The notes beneath the pieces are model-generated. The model made no database searches. It had not been told where the DNA came from and saw only the letters and a program-made list of their open reading frames with translations. A DNA stretch of 52,436 bases, filler included, from Bipalium vagum (Eukaryota): NCBI GenBank assembly GCA_037834085.1. It is 3 parts of 3 records of this genome, joined end to end, with 100 filler letters (N's around TTAATTAATTAA, not from the genome) between each part and the next. Parts side by side here need not be neighbours in the genome. Positions count along the whole stretch, not along the records: positions 1 to 18,786 come from JBBMKC010019691.1; positions 18,887 to 35,519 come from JBBMKC010101432.1; 1 more part is not named here. One strand, 5' to 3'. Shown piece after piece: positions 12,901-23,910 of this stretch; position 1 is the first letter of the stretch, and each line of letters begins with the position of its first letter. The position numbers and the translations under genes are program-made.

Positions 12901-15900
12901 TACATAATAATATTTTATTATTGTAAGCTTACATGCAACCATATGCAAAACTTAAAAGACAGCCCTCGCATGTAACGCCATGTAAAATTTTGTTCACGCC
13001 CCCCCCCCATATCAAATAAATAAAAACGAATGTAAGTCAAGAAATATTTATCAAATTTTCCTCATAATTACATTCTAATACTTATTGGGATGCCCTTTCA
13101 TATTGAGAACAGATTTTTAAAATATTTTCTATCCAAAGAATACCATTTTTGAACCGCTTCCCACAATTTCTCCTTTGGGACAAGTTGCATTTCATGTTTA
13201 TGGCATTGTTAAGATCCTAAAAAGGGATGTAAATAAATGGAGCTTACTCTGATTTTAGGTCTTAACGGCGAAGGTTGCTTAATTGATTGTTCGTTATTAT
13301 TATTTAAATTTACTGAGAAAACGAATTGATTTTTAAAACTTTTATTTTTATTAGAATACTTAGCGTGTGAAATAAAAATAATAAAAAAGTAAAAGAGACG
13401 GAGATTAAAAAATTATATAATCCTCAGATCCTGGTCTGAGTGTTTAATTTTTTAGTATGAACAATAATAATTGAATTATAATAAAAATAAATATTGCTTT
13501 ATTAAATTTATGAATCGATTTTGATTTTAAAAGCTACTAATCCTGTTAATTCTGAGGTTACAAACCAACAGTATACAAATTTTTATAAAATAGGTAATAC
13601 ATTTAAAATGTGTTACTTTGTCACACTAAGTGCAACAAGATTTCTCTTTTTTTAAAAGTAGAAAAAATAAAATTACGTTTTCAAAAACTATATTGGCATA
13701 TGATATTTGATCTTTCTGTTTGAGTTATGTTCCACTTTTTCTGAATAAGATGTTCAAACTTCTTTTTATACTGATAGCAGTGATAGCTGAAATGAGCATG
13801 TGATTTTATCTGTTCCACTTTGTTTATGTAGGATTTTCAAAACTTCTGCTTTTGATACTGTTGGCAATAAATATTCAACTTTAAACTCTGCTTGCTAACT
13901 TGTTTTCACTTGAAATATAAATTTTCTTTTATTTATTTCTGATATGATTTTACTCTCCTTTTATACTTATCTTTGCTTGTTTTTCTTAAAATAGTAACTT
14001 TCTTGTTTCTTCCAATAATTTCCTTATTTGTTTTGTTACTATTTAAAATTTTATCTGTTATTCTTTCTTTTTTATATTATGAAAGTCTTAGTTTTTATTT
14101 ATAGTACTATTTTGTTGCTCTATTATAAATTCTTCCAGTATTCGACTTTTTAGAATAATAATCTATTAATTTATTATCATATATTATTTACTATTTTTCA
14201 ATTATTTATATATCAAATAATAATTTATATACTTCTAATTAATGATTTATTTATTATTTTATTCTTATCATTTTACTATTTTTCGATCAAGGACGATTTA
14301 CAAATTTCAGAATAATTTACAGATTTCTCTAAAATATATTTTTTTTATAAAAGATTGCAAAATAAACTATTGTACAATAACTAAATATCAGTATACAAGG
14401 GCTATTAAAAGTAGGATCACAAACAGTTATAGATAGTATTATCATAAGATCACAATCAAAAGATAGTGTTACTATACGATCACAAACAAATGCTAATTGT
14501 CATATAGTGATGTTGACTGAATCGATTTTTTCGCCGAATGTTGGTGGTTTGGGTTTGTTGTAATTGGGATTGAGGAAGACTTTGTTGAGCCAATTGATTC
14601 TTTTGGAGTCTTCACAGTATACCTAAATATTTTTGATGGTGTTGATATCTGGAGAATTTCCTAGCCAATCTAACACCAATATTTTTATTTTTAAATTACT
14701 TATAAGTGCTCAAAGATTTATATAGAGGTACCAGATCTTGTTGGAATATGAAGTCGTTCTCAGGAAATACTAAGCATTTAGCAACGACATTAATAACCAC
14801 CGGTGATGAAAAATGTGTCGTCTGTGACAATATTCTAAAAACTTCATGGGTTACTGAAAAACAAACAAAATTTTCACCAATTTTAAGATCATGCTTACCA
14901 TCTGGCTAAATAAATTATTGGGATTTATACCGCTCACAATTAACCTAATTAAACAGTGCAATACACAAAAAGCGACAAAAATATAGAACGATAATATCCG
15001 GTCTCATATTATTGGTCCTATGGATTAATTTTCATCACCAGACATGACTCCTCTTGATTAGCGTTTGTTTCGGGCGCTAAACATAATTTTATAATATATT
15101 CATGATATAAATTTATTAAGAAATTTGTCATATCTCTAATAAAGTGTTCAATATTGTTTATTATTGCTATGAATATATATATTCTAAAAAATTAATTCAG
15201 CCAGATTTATTATACAGGGTTTTCATCTCAATTTAGTTCATTTATATGTTCATTTCGCTCGATGAAGTCAGTAACCGTTTGACTTTTTGGAATGATACAT
15301 TATCCATAATAAGCACATATTTCTTGTAGTTAATATCATCAAGAAAGCTAAAAAATTCTTCCGCACAACCCAAGAAAGAAGTTGTATTGAATGATAAAAG
15401 TGATACTTTTAAATGTAACACTATACGTTGACATAGCGCAACATACCGATATATTTCTGCTTCTGATATTTGAAACTACCAGAACAGGAGTAGTACCAAT
15501 GAATGATTTACCGTGCATTGAAAGATTGAATCCAACCTTATTGATAAAAAATATTTTTATCTGAATAGAGTTACCCCAATTCAAAAAGTATTTACATACA
15601 TGTGACGACATTCTGTTTTTTTCAGTATTTCTACGAGCTGGAATAATTTTTATCTTTTTTAATGAATAATGAAAGTTATTCAAAGTATTGTATATAGTTT
15701 TTAATAACATGGAATATTTCAAAAATTAATTTGGAAATTCTTTTTAAGGATAAAGTTACATCTTCATCAACCATAGACAGAATATGTACTGCGATTTCAG
15801 GTGTTTTTTTTTTAAATATTGAGCGACCTTTTTTTAATGGTTTTTCTCTGATATATTTGCGGTAAACAAGTAACATTTCGTATTCTACAATTAAGGCAAT

Positions 15901-16007
15901 CGTCTTAACATGCTGATAATTGGACACTATTCTTGATCGAATATCAACACTAAATTTGATGGTTTCTTGTCAGAATTACGTAGCCTTCGTCCTTTCTGAC
16001 TCTCATT

Positions 16008-16054
<47 letters not shown>

Positions 16055-17091
16055 GCTTCTTGATCTTTTCTCATTATATTCTAAAATAAAATCGAACTTT
16101 ATAAAAGAAATAATTACATATAATTAAAAAAATATATTTATTTATACATTTGAAATTTTAGTAATATTTTAATTCATAAAACTAAATTTGTGTTTGAAAT
16201 AAGTAAATTGGTATGAAGTCAATATAATTCATCAATAAAATATATTTCTAAAATTGACCCAAATACATTACACCTGTTTCAAAGGTGTTGTAGTCAAATT
16301 CTTTTCATTTAACTTTATCAGTAATTATTTTCACGAATCCAATCTCTAACTTTGGCTTCACCAACAGGTCTGATGTTTTAAAAGTCTTATGACAGTTTTC
16401 AATAGTTGTTAAATTTATAAAGCCATTGGAAACAATTTTGAAAAATTATGTTTCGAAATTCTCAAGATTATTGATATTGATTCTCTATTAAAATATTTTA
16501 TATTCTTCCACAACTGTTAGACAATGGGAAGAATATGGAGAGATGGTCAAAAGAATCGAGTAACGGTTTACAGGTTGATAACTACAGGAACTCTTGAAGA
16601 AAGTTTACTGCAACGTCAAGTAACTAAGCAACAACTCAGTACAAGTCTGGTAGATTTTGCCAATTCGAATCAAGTTTCGTTTTCTGAACAAGAGCTGAAA
16701 GATATATTTGCATTGCATGAAAATATCTCCGATTCCTTTGGTTGTTGGACCCACATGTTATTGAATTGTCGCTGCCAAACGGATAGAAAAGGAAATTGCC
16801 AAACGTTGGGTATTGAGAGGAACAATGACGAAACTTCTGATTTGTTGGTTCATTCAAATTGTCAACTGGGGCTAAAGGTATCAAAGAAGTTTTATTTTCC
16901 GGCGATTACTAGTTTTCTCATAGACGGGTCGAAGAGCTTCGCCAAGCAGCTCACTGGGACAGTTGAGCACTTGGAACCATTGGATTGGCGAAGACGATAT
17001 TAAGAATAACTGTATCGATAAATTGATTGGCAGTGCTGTCAATCAGATCTCGTGCATATTTATGCATACTGTTAACTCGTGTCAGGATTGA
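3998..17091 (+). CDS. RAD54B: DNA repair and recombination protein RAD54B-like (SNF2 helicase), 17 exons
   Basis: Exons 3998-4054, 4101-4158, 4208-4272, 4317-4338, 4380-4434, 5428-5585, 5632-5777, 6160-6314, 7343-7472, 7518-7598, 7649-7798, 9634-9928, 9974-10209, 11089-11268, 11333-11572, 16521-16877, 16924-17091, all in frame with GT-AG. N-terminus MRRTAAPS and FSVAYGKPSKKKHKTWDDDG match RAD54B/Rdh54. Motifs RPHQ, GAILADSMGLGKS, CDEAHRLKN, LTGTPLQND, KAGGEGLNLIGA, WNPATDLQ, GRIWRDGQ. AATAAA follows the TGA. Confidence 0.93.
8500..8870 (+). mobile_element. Merlin/ISXO2 (IS1595-like) transposase remnant in RAD54B intron 11
   Basis: Decayed translation DWNNYM...MIIEVNENLFTRRKSNLG*ILPPQRVLGGICCETKKYLIFQVHNRSASTL matches the ISXO2-like pattern EIDES.F.RRK.N.GR...QWV.GG. 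Confidence 0.75.
8940..9310 (-). mobile_element. mariner (Mos1-like) transposase N-terminal remnant
   Basis: MSSFEPNKQHFREVLIFCFYLKKT(AAEAH) is a mariner HTH start; frameshifted downstream. Confidence 0.8.
12292..12968 (-). mobile_element. Internally deleted mariner element with TIRs (RAD54B intron 15)
   Basis: Left end TA|CGGGGGTTGTCTTTTAAGTTTTGC; right end reverse complement CGAGGGCTGTCTTTTAAGTTTTGC. Minus strand encodes HPPYSPDLSPND. Confidence 0.85.
13040..13206 (-). mobile_element. Tc1-like transposase C-terminal remnant
   Basis: Minus-strand KEKLWEAVQKWYSLDRKYFKNLF is typical of a Tc1 C-terminus; cut at 13207 by repeat Z. Confidence 0.5.
13207..13445 (+). repeat. Dispersed repeat family Z, copy 1 (LTR-like, begins TGTT)
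   Basis: Shares blocks TTAAGATCCTAAAA, GGTCTTAACGGCGAA, TACTTAGCGTGTGAAA and ATCCTCAGRTCCTGGYCTGAGT in the same order with 51375-51720. Confidence 0.8.
14740..15085 (+). mobile_element. mariner catalytic-domain remnant
   Basis: LITTGDEKCVVCDN (first D motif) and SPDMTPLD*RLFRAL. Confidence 0.65.
15250..15950 (-). mobile_element. Tc1/IS630-like transposase pseudogene
   Basis: Overlapping frameshifted ORFs; IFFINKVGFNLSM..G......IRSRNISVCCAMS resembles the DDE_3 first-D region (FIDE.GFN). Confidence 0.75.
16010..16045. repeat. (TA)n microsatellite
   Basis: Directly visible. Confidence 0.95.
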
Positions 17092-17817
17092 TTGTGTAAT
17101 AATAAAATTTTGACTTAAATTAATCATAGCATAAAAGTTTGGATTAATCTGCGTTGGTCATTTCTGACCTATATGGATAGTTTAAACTTAATCTAACACC
17201 GCAACGAGTTCTTTTTTATTTAGTTTTGTAATTGTGATGAAGAGCTAATCTAATATTAAAATGACATACTAGGCTCACAGAAATGTGTAATTGATTTATA
17301 TTCAATTATGTAAAAATTTGTCAAAATACAATTTTGTTCGTTCGAATCCTGTTATCTCCGATTTATTTTCAACTAACAACTTACATGCTTGAAATATGTA
17401 GAAAGCATCTTTTAGTTTAATGGATCTAAAGAGTTTAAATGACATTCCCCTTCATTATGAATTCATATTGTAAAATGTTTGAAAAGATGATTCTTAACAT
17501 TTTTAATCTTTTTTGGGAAAGAAAACTATTAATGTAAGAAAATATGTGCAGTTTTTATTAAATTAAACACAAATGAACGAAATTGAAAATAAGTTTGTGT
17601 GATTTCATAAGCCAACAAAATCTTACTTCAACATTGTTACTGATTTCGTAAATTGAATTGTGGTTGACATTTACGGGTAATCTTATCGTAACCTTAATTT
17701 GATACCCTTCATTTATAATCATATTTTGCCTTTAAATTTTTTTATATTTGTTTTTTACCGTGGTTGGTTACGTTATATCCAACAAACATATGTAATTGTT
17801 TAGGTCCCAAGCCAAAC

Positions 17818-18684
17818 TGTTACAAGGAGACTCATATCTGGGCTCACCATCTCCCTCGAGGGAAGTGTAAATAATATAAAATTCACGAATGAATGAAGCG
17901 ATTAACAAAATCATGTATTTTTGTTATCACAAATGCAAGGTTAGAAATCTTTTCAATCAATAAAACAATACTCAAAATTACGAACAATTATTTAATTAAT
18001 AAAATTCCTTATTGACTTAATGATAGTCGAAGAAGTCCTGTTAACAAAAAATGCGTATTCTGTCGCCTAGAGCGAAGCAGAATCGAATTAGCGTGAGAAC
18101 AATAAAAAAGAATAAAGAGAATATTAAATAGTTAGTTATGAAAAGAATTTCCTTCTATCACCAAAATAAATGTGAATTATTATGTTATGTAAGTTAAACT
18201 CAATTGGTAAAACACTTTGAATTAATACAAATTCCTTACCTATTATTATTACCGGCGTCTTAAAAGCTTTTTCGAATAAATATCAAATTGTGATCTAAGT
18301 TGTTAGGAGAATTTTGAATGTGAAAACAAAGAGTTTATATACTCCTGATTTTCACATTCCTGATCTCTTGATTGGTGGAAAATAAAACTTTTCATTAATA
18401 GAATAATATGGGATTTTTGCTATTTTAGGAAGTTCTTATATTAAAGAACTTACTAAATATAGCCTCTCATATTAATATTTTTTCGTATTAATGTATTTTT
18501 AGTAAGTTTTATTTTCTAATTTATTATTCATTATTACTCATTATAATTATTTTTATCAATTTTGTGGGTTAAGTTTTAATTAAATTCAACCCACAATTTA
18601 TATTATTATTATTATTATATTTATTTATATTGATTAAAAACGAATATAAAATTTAAATATTATTATTTTTTATAAAATAAAACA
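17818..18684 (+). repeat. LTR-like repeat family X, copy A
   Basis: Begins TGTTACA; colinear with the reverse complement of 30840-31706 over many blocks (e.g. CCTGATCTCTTGATTGGTGGAAAA). Strand label is arbitrary. Confidence 0.75.
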
Positions 18685-18786
18685 TTAAATGACATTAAAA
18701 GAGTCAAAATGTTGGGATCCATAGAAAAAGAGGTCCCAGCACCAACCAGCAACAATTCTAAACCAAAAGAGCAAGAGCTTATGGAG

Positions 18787-18886
18787 NNNNNNNNNNNNNN
18801 NNNNNNNNNNNNNNNNNNNNNNNNNNNNNNTTAATTAATTAANNNNNNNNNNNNNNNNNNNNNNNNNNNNNNNNNNNNNNNNNNNN
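18787..18886. other. Assembly gap containing artificial TTAATTAATTAA linker
   Basis: N-run, then a 12-mer with stops in all six frames, then N-run; same at 35520-35619. Confidence 0.95.
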
Positions 18887-19189
18887 TATAAACGTCTGAA
18901 TGGAATTGCAATAAATCATTTTATTTAACAACCCAATTTTGCGAATTCATAAAACAATTAAAAGATTAAAAATTATACATTCAAAATCGGATAAGTGTAC
19001 ATCGATTTTGTTGAGCAATTTTGGATAATATTAACATAACACTATAACAATCAACAAATAAATCTGACAAGACATAATTTCATTATTTACATTTGACACT
19101 ACGTGATTAAAATTAAGAAACAAAATTAACAAAAACATTTTTTGCAAAATTTATTATATCATAAGTAATTGTAGAGTTTTAAAAATTGT

Positions 19190-19375
19190 TTCTTCCTTCC
19201 AGGTATCCAGCGATATGAATACTGTGAAAAAAGCATCTTTTGCCGTTATCGATGCCCTTCATCATTTTGAGCTACAGTTTTATTTGGTTGTGAAAACTTT
19301 ACACATACTGCGTATGTACACCAGTGTCTGGATCTATGAAGTGATAAATTTCATTTTGTGCACTTATCAGTGTTG
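19190..19375 (-). mobile_element. Merlin/ISXO2 transposase C-terminal remnant
   Basis: FIDPDTGVHTQYV*SFHNQIK matches the FVDP.TG.HTQ.IES.W motif. Confidence 0.7.
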
Positions 19376-19899
19376 TGCAAATTTTAATTGAAATATAAAT
19401 AATTATATTTTCATATCATGACAAAACATTATTTTTAATTATATTTTTTATAATAAATTATTATTATTATAAAATGAAAAATTAATTAAACATTTAAAAT
19501 TGTTTATTTAACTGTGACAGATGTTTTACTGATTTTTAATGTGTTTTATTTCCAATAATTTAATTATATATATATGTATAAAACCTGAACATTTTCATTT
19601 ACGGAAAAAACTGAATATTGTCCATCTAAATTAAAATTAATATGGGAAGTGAGTATAAAAACAATGATAATGGTTAGCTTAGTTCACGAAATCAAGTACC
19701 AAACCGTGAGGCTCAGATAATAGTACCAATTTAATGTATTCATTTTCTGAAGTCTTTATTGTACCATCCACTGAAAAAATCTACAGGCTGTCCGGTAAAT
19801 CACATACCAAAAAGAAAAGATAATATATTCGATGATTTTAATGGAAATCTATCAAACCTTGTTTTAAATATAAGAGTAATACTCAAAATTAAAATTTTA

Positions 19900-20287
19900 T
19901 TTGAAATCAATAATATGCAGAGGTTGTTCAATATCTTGGGTACGGCGTTCTCCAGATTTGACTCCACTGAACTTTTTTCTATGGCGATACATTAGGAAAA
20001 ACATTTACAAAACAGAGGTATATGATATTGCTCATATAAAGAACAGGATTGAGCAAGAAACAAAGTCTATAAAAAAACTCTACAAACAGTTTTTGAGATA
20101 TCGTAAAAAGACTAAAATTTTATATTGATGTTAATGGTGAAAATTTAGAGCAGTATATGTAACAACTTTTTAATATGAAATAAGACTTTAGAATGTGATC
20201 TTCTTAAAAAGTTTATTTAATCAGGTTAAAAAAAATAAGACACATATTAGCTTTTTCTTTTATGAATATGATTTACCAAACACCCTG
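19900..20287 (+). mobile_element. Tc1/mariner remnant (WPPRSPDLTPLDFFLWGY type), 3' part
   Basis: SWVRRSPDLTPLNFFLWRYIRKNIY; ends AAACACCCTG, a CAGGGTG-type TIR. Confidence 0.75.
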
Positions 20288-22639
20288 CCTTAGTCATTTT
20301 CGTATTATTTCATTGATTCTTAACGGAACTTGTTCTTCTAGTTTTATTTAGAAACAACCGATCAAAAAGCAAAGTTTTGAAACAAAAAAATTCAGCATCA
20401 TTATCGACAATCATCTGCTATCTTTTCATAGAGGATTGGATACCATCGGCAAAATATTTAGAAGACTTTTCATTAAAAGGGATTGCAAGCTCGACTTTAC
20501 CTAATAATTGTTGAAAAACCTTTTACCTTTAAGGAGCTGCTGCAAAGAGCGAAAAAGATAATCTGATGGCCTGACGTCAGAATTATAAGGCTGGTGAGGA
20601 AACATATCATAGCCGAGCGGATCTTTTGATGAATAACTTTGAACATATAACATATGGTTATCGTGAACATATGGTTATGGTTAACCCTAGCATTGTGTCT
20701 CACTCAATCCATTCTTCCAATAGAATACTTTTATTCTTAGTTGAGCAACTCTTGCTTTGAGACATAGTCAAATTCATACCGTAGTGTATTTCTAAAATGT
20801 CTTACCTGCATCCATATTTTGATATTTCAAAATGTATTTAAACAAATAATTGATTAAATATCCATGTAACAATTAAATCTAATTTTATTTCTAAGCACCC
20901 AATTTATAATTAAATTAAAATGGTACTCGTAAAATCACCAGTTTCTTTTCAAGGCGTGTAGTACATCTGTTTTATTATTATTATTTTTGGTGGTATATCT
21001 CGAATGAAGCCTCCCCTTAAAAATTATCAATCATCACAGATTACATTTTATTTATATTTTAAATTTTAATATTTTCTTCAAAGTAATGATCAAAGAGACT
21101 TTCTTTCCAGTTTCAAAGGAATTCTAATTATATCTTTGGATCTTTTTTGAAAAAAACAGAACTCAGTGCTGCGAACATATATTTCTGTACTTTAAGGTTT
21201 TCCAATAGAAAACAAAATTGAGTTTCAGAAATATTGATTTTACGAAACCTTTTCATTTTTCAGACATGTGTTTTTCCTATGTTACGATCACATTGTCTTA
21301 GGGAAATTCATAAAATCAAGGAAATTACTCAAATCAATTTCAGGGTAATAATTACTTCAGAAAATCTTCAACATCTATATTTTATAATTTCAAAGGGGAT
21401 TTTCAAAATATTAATTTAGGTCTACATGTGTTTTGTTTTAATGAGTGAATCTAATTTCAGGAGTATTGTTATTTATTTGTTCTATTTTGATTTTTAACTC
21501 AAAGTTGACGTAATTAGAAAAAATTATTTAAATTAAAATAAATTAAAAATGAAGAAATTTGTTACTTTGAATTATTTAGGCTTTGAAAAAATGGAGGTAT
21601 AAATAATGTTAGGGCGCAAACCTGTTTCTCTTTTTCTCTCACCTCCAAAATTGATATAAAGAAGCAGGTTTTCCTCGCATAATTGAAAAATAAGAGATAA
21701 CAATTCAAAATGGCATTGTACAGGGTGTTATATTTAGGACGACAGTATTGATAAAAATGATAAATGGGACCAGTGCCAAACCTCAAAAATTAAAATCTAA
21801 ATTTCAGTTAAGCAGGAATCGCATTTATCATTTATATCACTACGTTAGATTTTTAATTAATTTTATAATTTTTCATAAAAGAGTTACCCTAACTCAAAAA
21901 TTTATTCCCAATCCCGACTTTAAAATTAAATTAACAAAAAAATAAAAATTAATAATAAAATATTATTTCAAATATAACTAATGTGTTAATGGTGTATTGA
22001 GCTCATTACCAAAAACTTCTTTTTTCTTTTGTTAAGTTTATTCTTATTTATTTACTTGAATTTTCTTTAAGAACTTAATAAAAGATAATTTCAATTAACA
22101 TAAGGCAAAACTGAAAGTAATAAGCTTCTTAACCCTAAAAATGAGTAAAAAAAATGACTGATTATATGACCAATAGTATAAATAATAATTTTTATGGTGA
22201 TACTTGTAATAAATATTTTTTTAAAAATTTCATTAGTAAATCATTTAGGATCTAATAATCATTTAAAAATTTTAAATAATAAAGAAAATAAATGCAAATA
22301 TTGATTATAAAATTTGTGACAAAGAATTTAAAACCCAATCAGATTTATTATCTCATATAAGATCTAAAATTCATTTGGAAAATTTATATACAATAAATAA
22401 AAATATTTTTAAAGAACGACCTGGAAATAGTCCAATATGGATAAATGGCATTAAGTTTGGAGATTTGAAAAATATAATTATAAATCTAAACATTCCAAAT
22501 TAAGCAAATTAGCAAATTATTTAAAAATATTCAAGATGATGCAGGATCATCCATAAGTAACTAGGCATTTATTTTTAATATATGTTTTTATAAAAAAGAA
22601 AAAGAAGACTTTCTTCTGAAATAATTTATTTAGACACAA

Positions 22640-22800
22640 AAGTTACATATGGAAACAAATATTTAATGTCATCTTCTGTATGCCTTACACTCGTGTGCTC
22701 TTTTAAAGGTATTTTCGATCACTTTTTCACATACATAATTCCAGGAAAATATCCAGCACTGCTTTCTGGATATTTTGTTTGAGGTCCATAAGAGTACTTG
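22640..22800 (-). mobile_element. Tc1/mariner C-terminal remnant
   Basis: Minus-strand TLMDLKQNIQKAVLDI...EKVIENTFKRAHEC. Confidence 0.5.
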
Positions 22801-23319
22801 GTTATTATTAATAAAAATATTTTTAATTTTCAAAATGATTTAATAGAGAGAAAAAAATATTATTTTAAATATCTAAAAATAAATCACCCCATTAAAACCA
22901 ACCCAGACACAAATGAAAATGAAAAATTTATAAATCAGCTTAATTCACAAGCAGAAACAATAATAAATGATTAAATAAATGAATTAAATATTAAAATATG
23001 TTGGCCCAACACTTGCTTAGCTCACCTAACTACACTGAGATTGCTGTGTGCCTACGAAAATGACTCGCTATCTCAATTTTCAGGTTCCTTCTTCAATTTT
23101 TATATTGAAAAATGCTTTCGATGGTTAGACTGGTTATACTATGTTTTTTCTATTGAACAATATGATTGTCCATTTTTATGTAAATTACTAATTGGTAATC
23201 TAATTTCTTCAGATTGCATAAAAGAAGTCCCTGTATAAAATATTTGACTGAAAACCATTATATGCACGAAAAAAAGTTCCCTAATTATGTAAGTACTTTA
23301 TACTTGTTTATGACAACAT

Positions 23320-23800
23320 TTATTTCTGAAAAAAAAACATTTACGGGGAGATATGATCCACAATTTTATTAAGGGGAAAATGCTGCAGAGACCTTTTACG
23401 AGGTCTATGGCGAACATGTATCATTTCAGGTTACCTGTGATCATTGTTTTCAAAAACAATGACTTTAATATGAAAAACGATGAACTACCAGGTCGAACTT
23501 CTGAATTTGAAAACCAGGAATTGGAAGTTCTATTCAATGAAGATGCATCTCAAACGCAAAGAAAAACTTACCATGCAACTATATGTTGTTCATCAGACAG
23601 TTTCTGATCGCTTGGATGCAATGGGTAAAATTTTAAAGGAATGATATGGGTGCCACAAAAATTAGAAGATAGACAGCTGGAAAACAGGAAAGTAGTCAGT
23701 GAAATGTTGTAGGAACGACACTACCAAAATCTTTTTACATAAAATTTTAACAGATGAGATGATTTATTATTTGAATCGCAGACGTCACAAAGACCCGAAT
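23320..23800 (+). mobile_element. mariner transposase N-terminal remnant
   Basis: FKNNDFNMKNDELPGRTSEFENQELEVLFNEDASQTQ..SDRLDAMGKI..WVPQKL, with frameshifts. Confidence 0.8.
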
Positions 23801-23910
23801 CAAAATTCAAGATGTACCACAATGCAAAATTGTTTCTCTTTATATAACGAAAAAATTAAATATATTTCAATTTTTCATTTGAAAAGGAATACTCGGAATT
23901 TTAAACTATA

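Noticed and set aside
13248-13275. Hammerhead-ribozyme-like CTGA...GTC-TTAAC-GGC-GAA in repeat Z
   Set aside because: The CUGANGA core is absent in both copies, and stems I/III could not be formed.
9625-16884. Minus-strand ORFs overlapping RAD54B exons (9625-9873, 11306-11632, 16636-16884)
   Set aside because: Antisense shadows of GC-richer coding exons; no motifs.
18831-18842. TTAATTAATTAA palindrome inside N gaps (also 35564-35575)
   Set aside because: Artificial six-frame-stop scaffolding linker, not biological.
20400-20760. GC-richer gag-like stretch
   Set aside because: No diagnostic motif or LTR linkage could be established.
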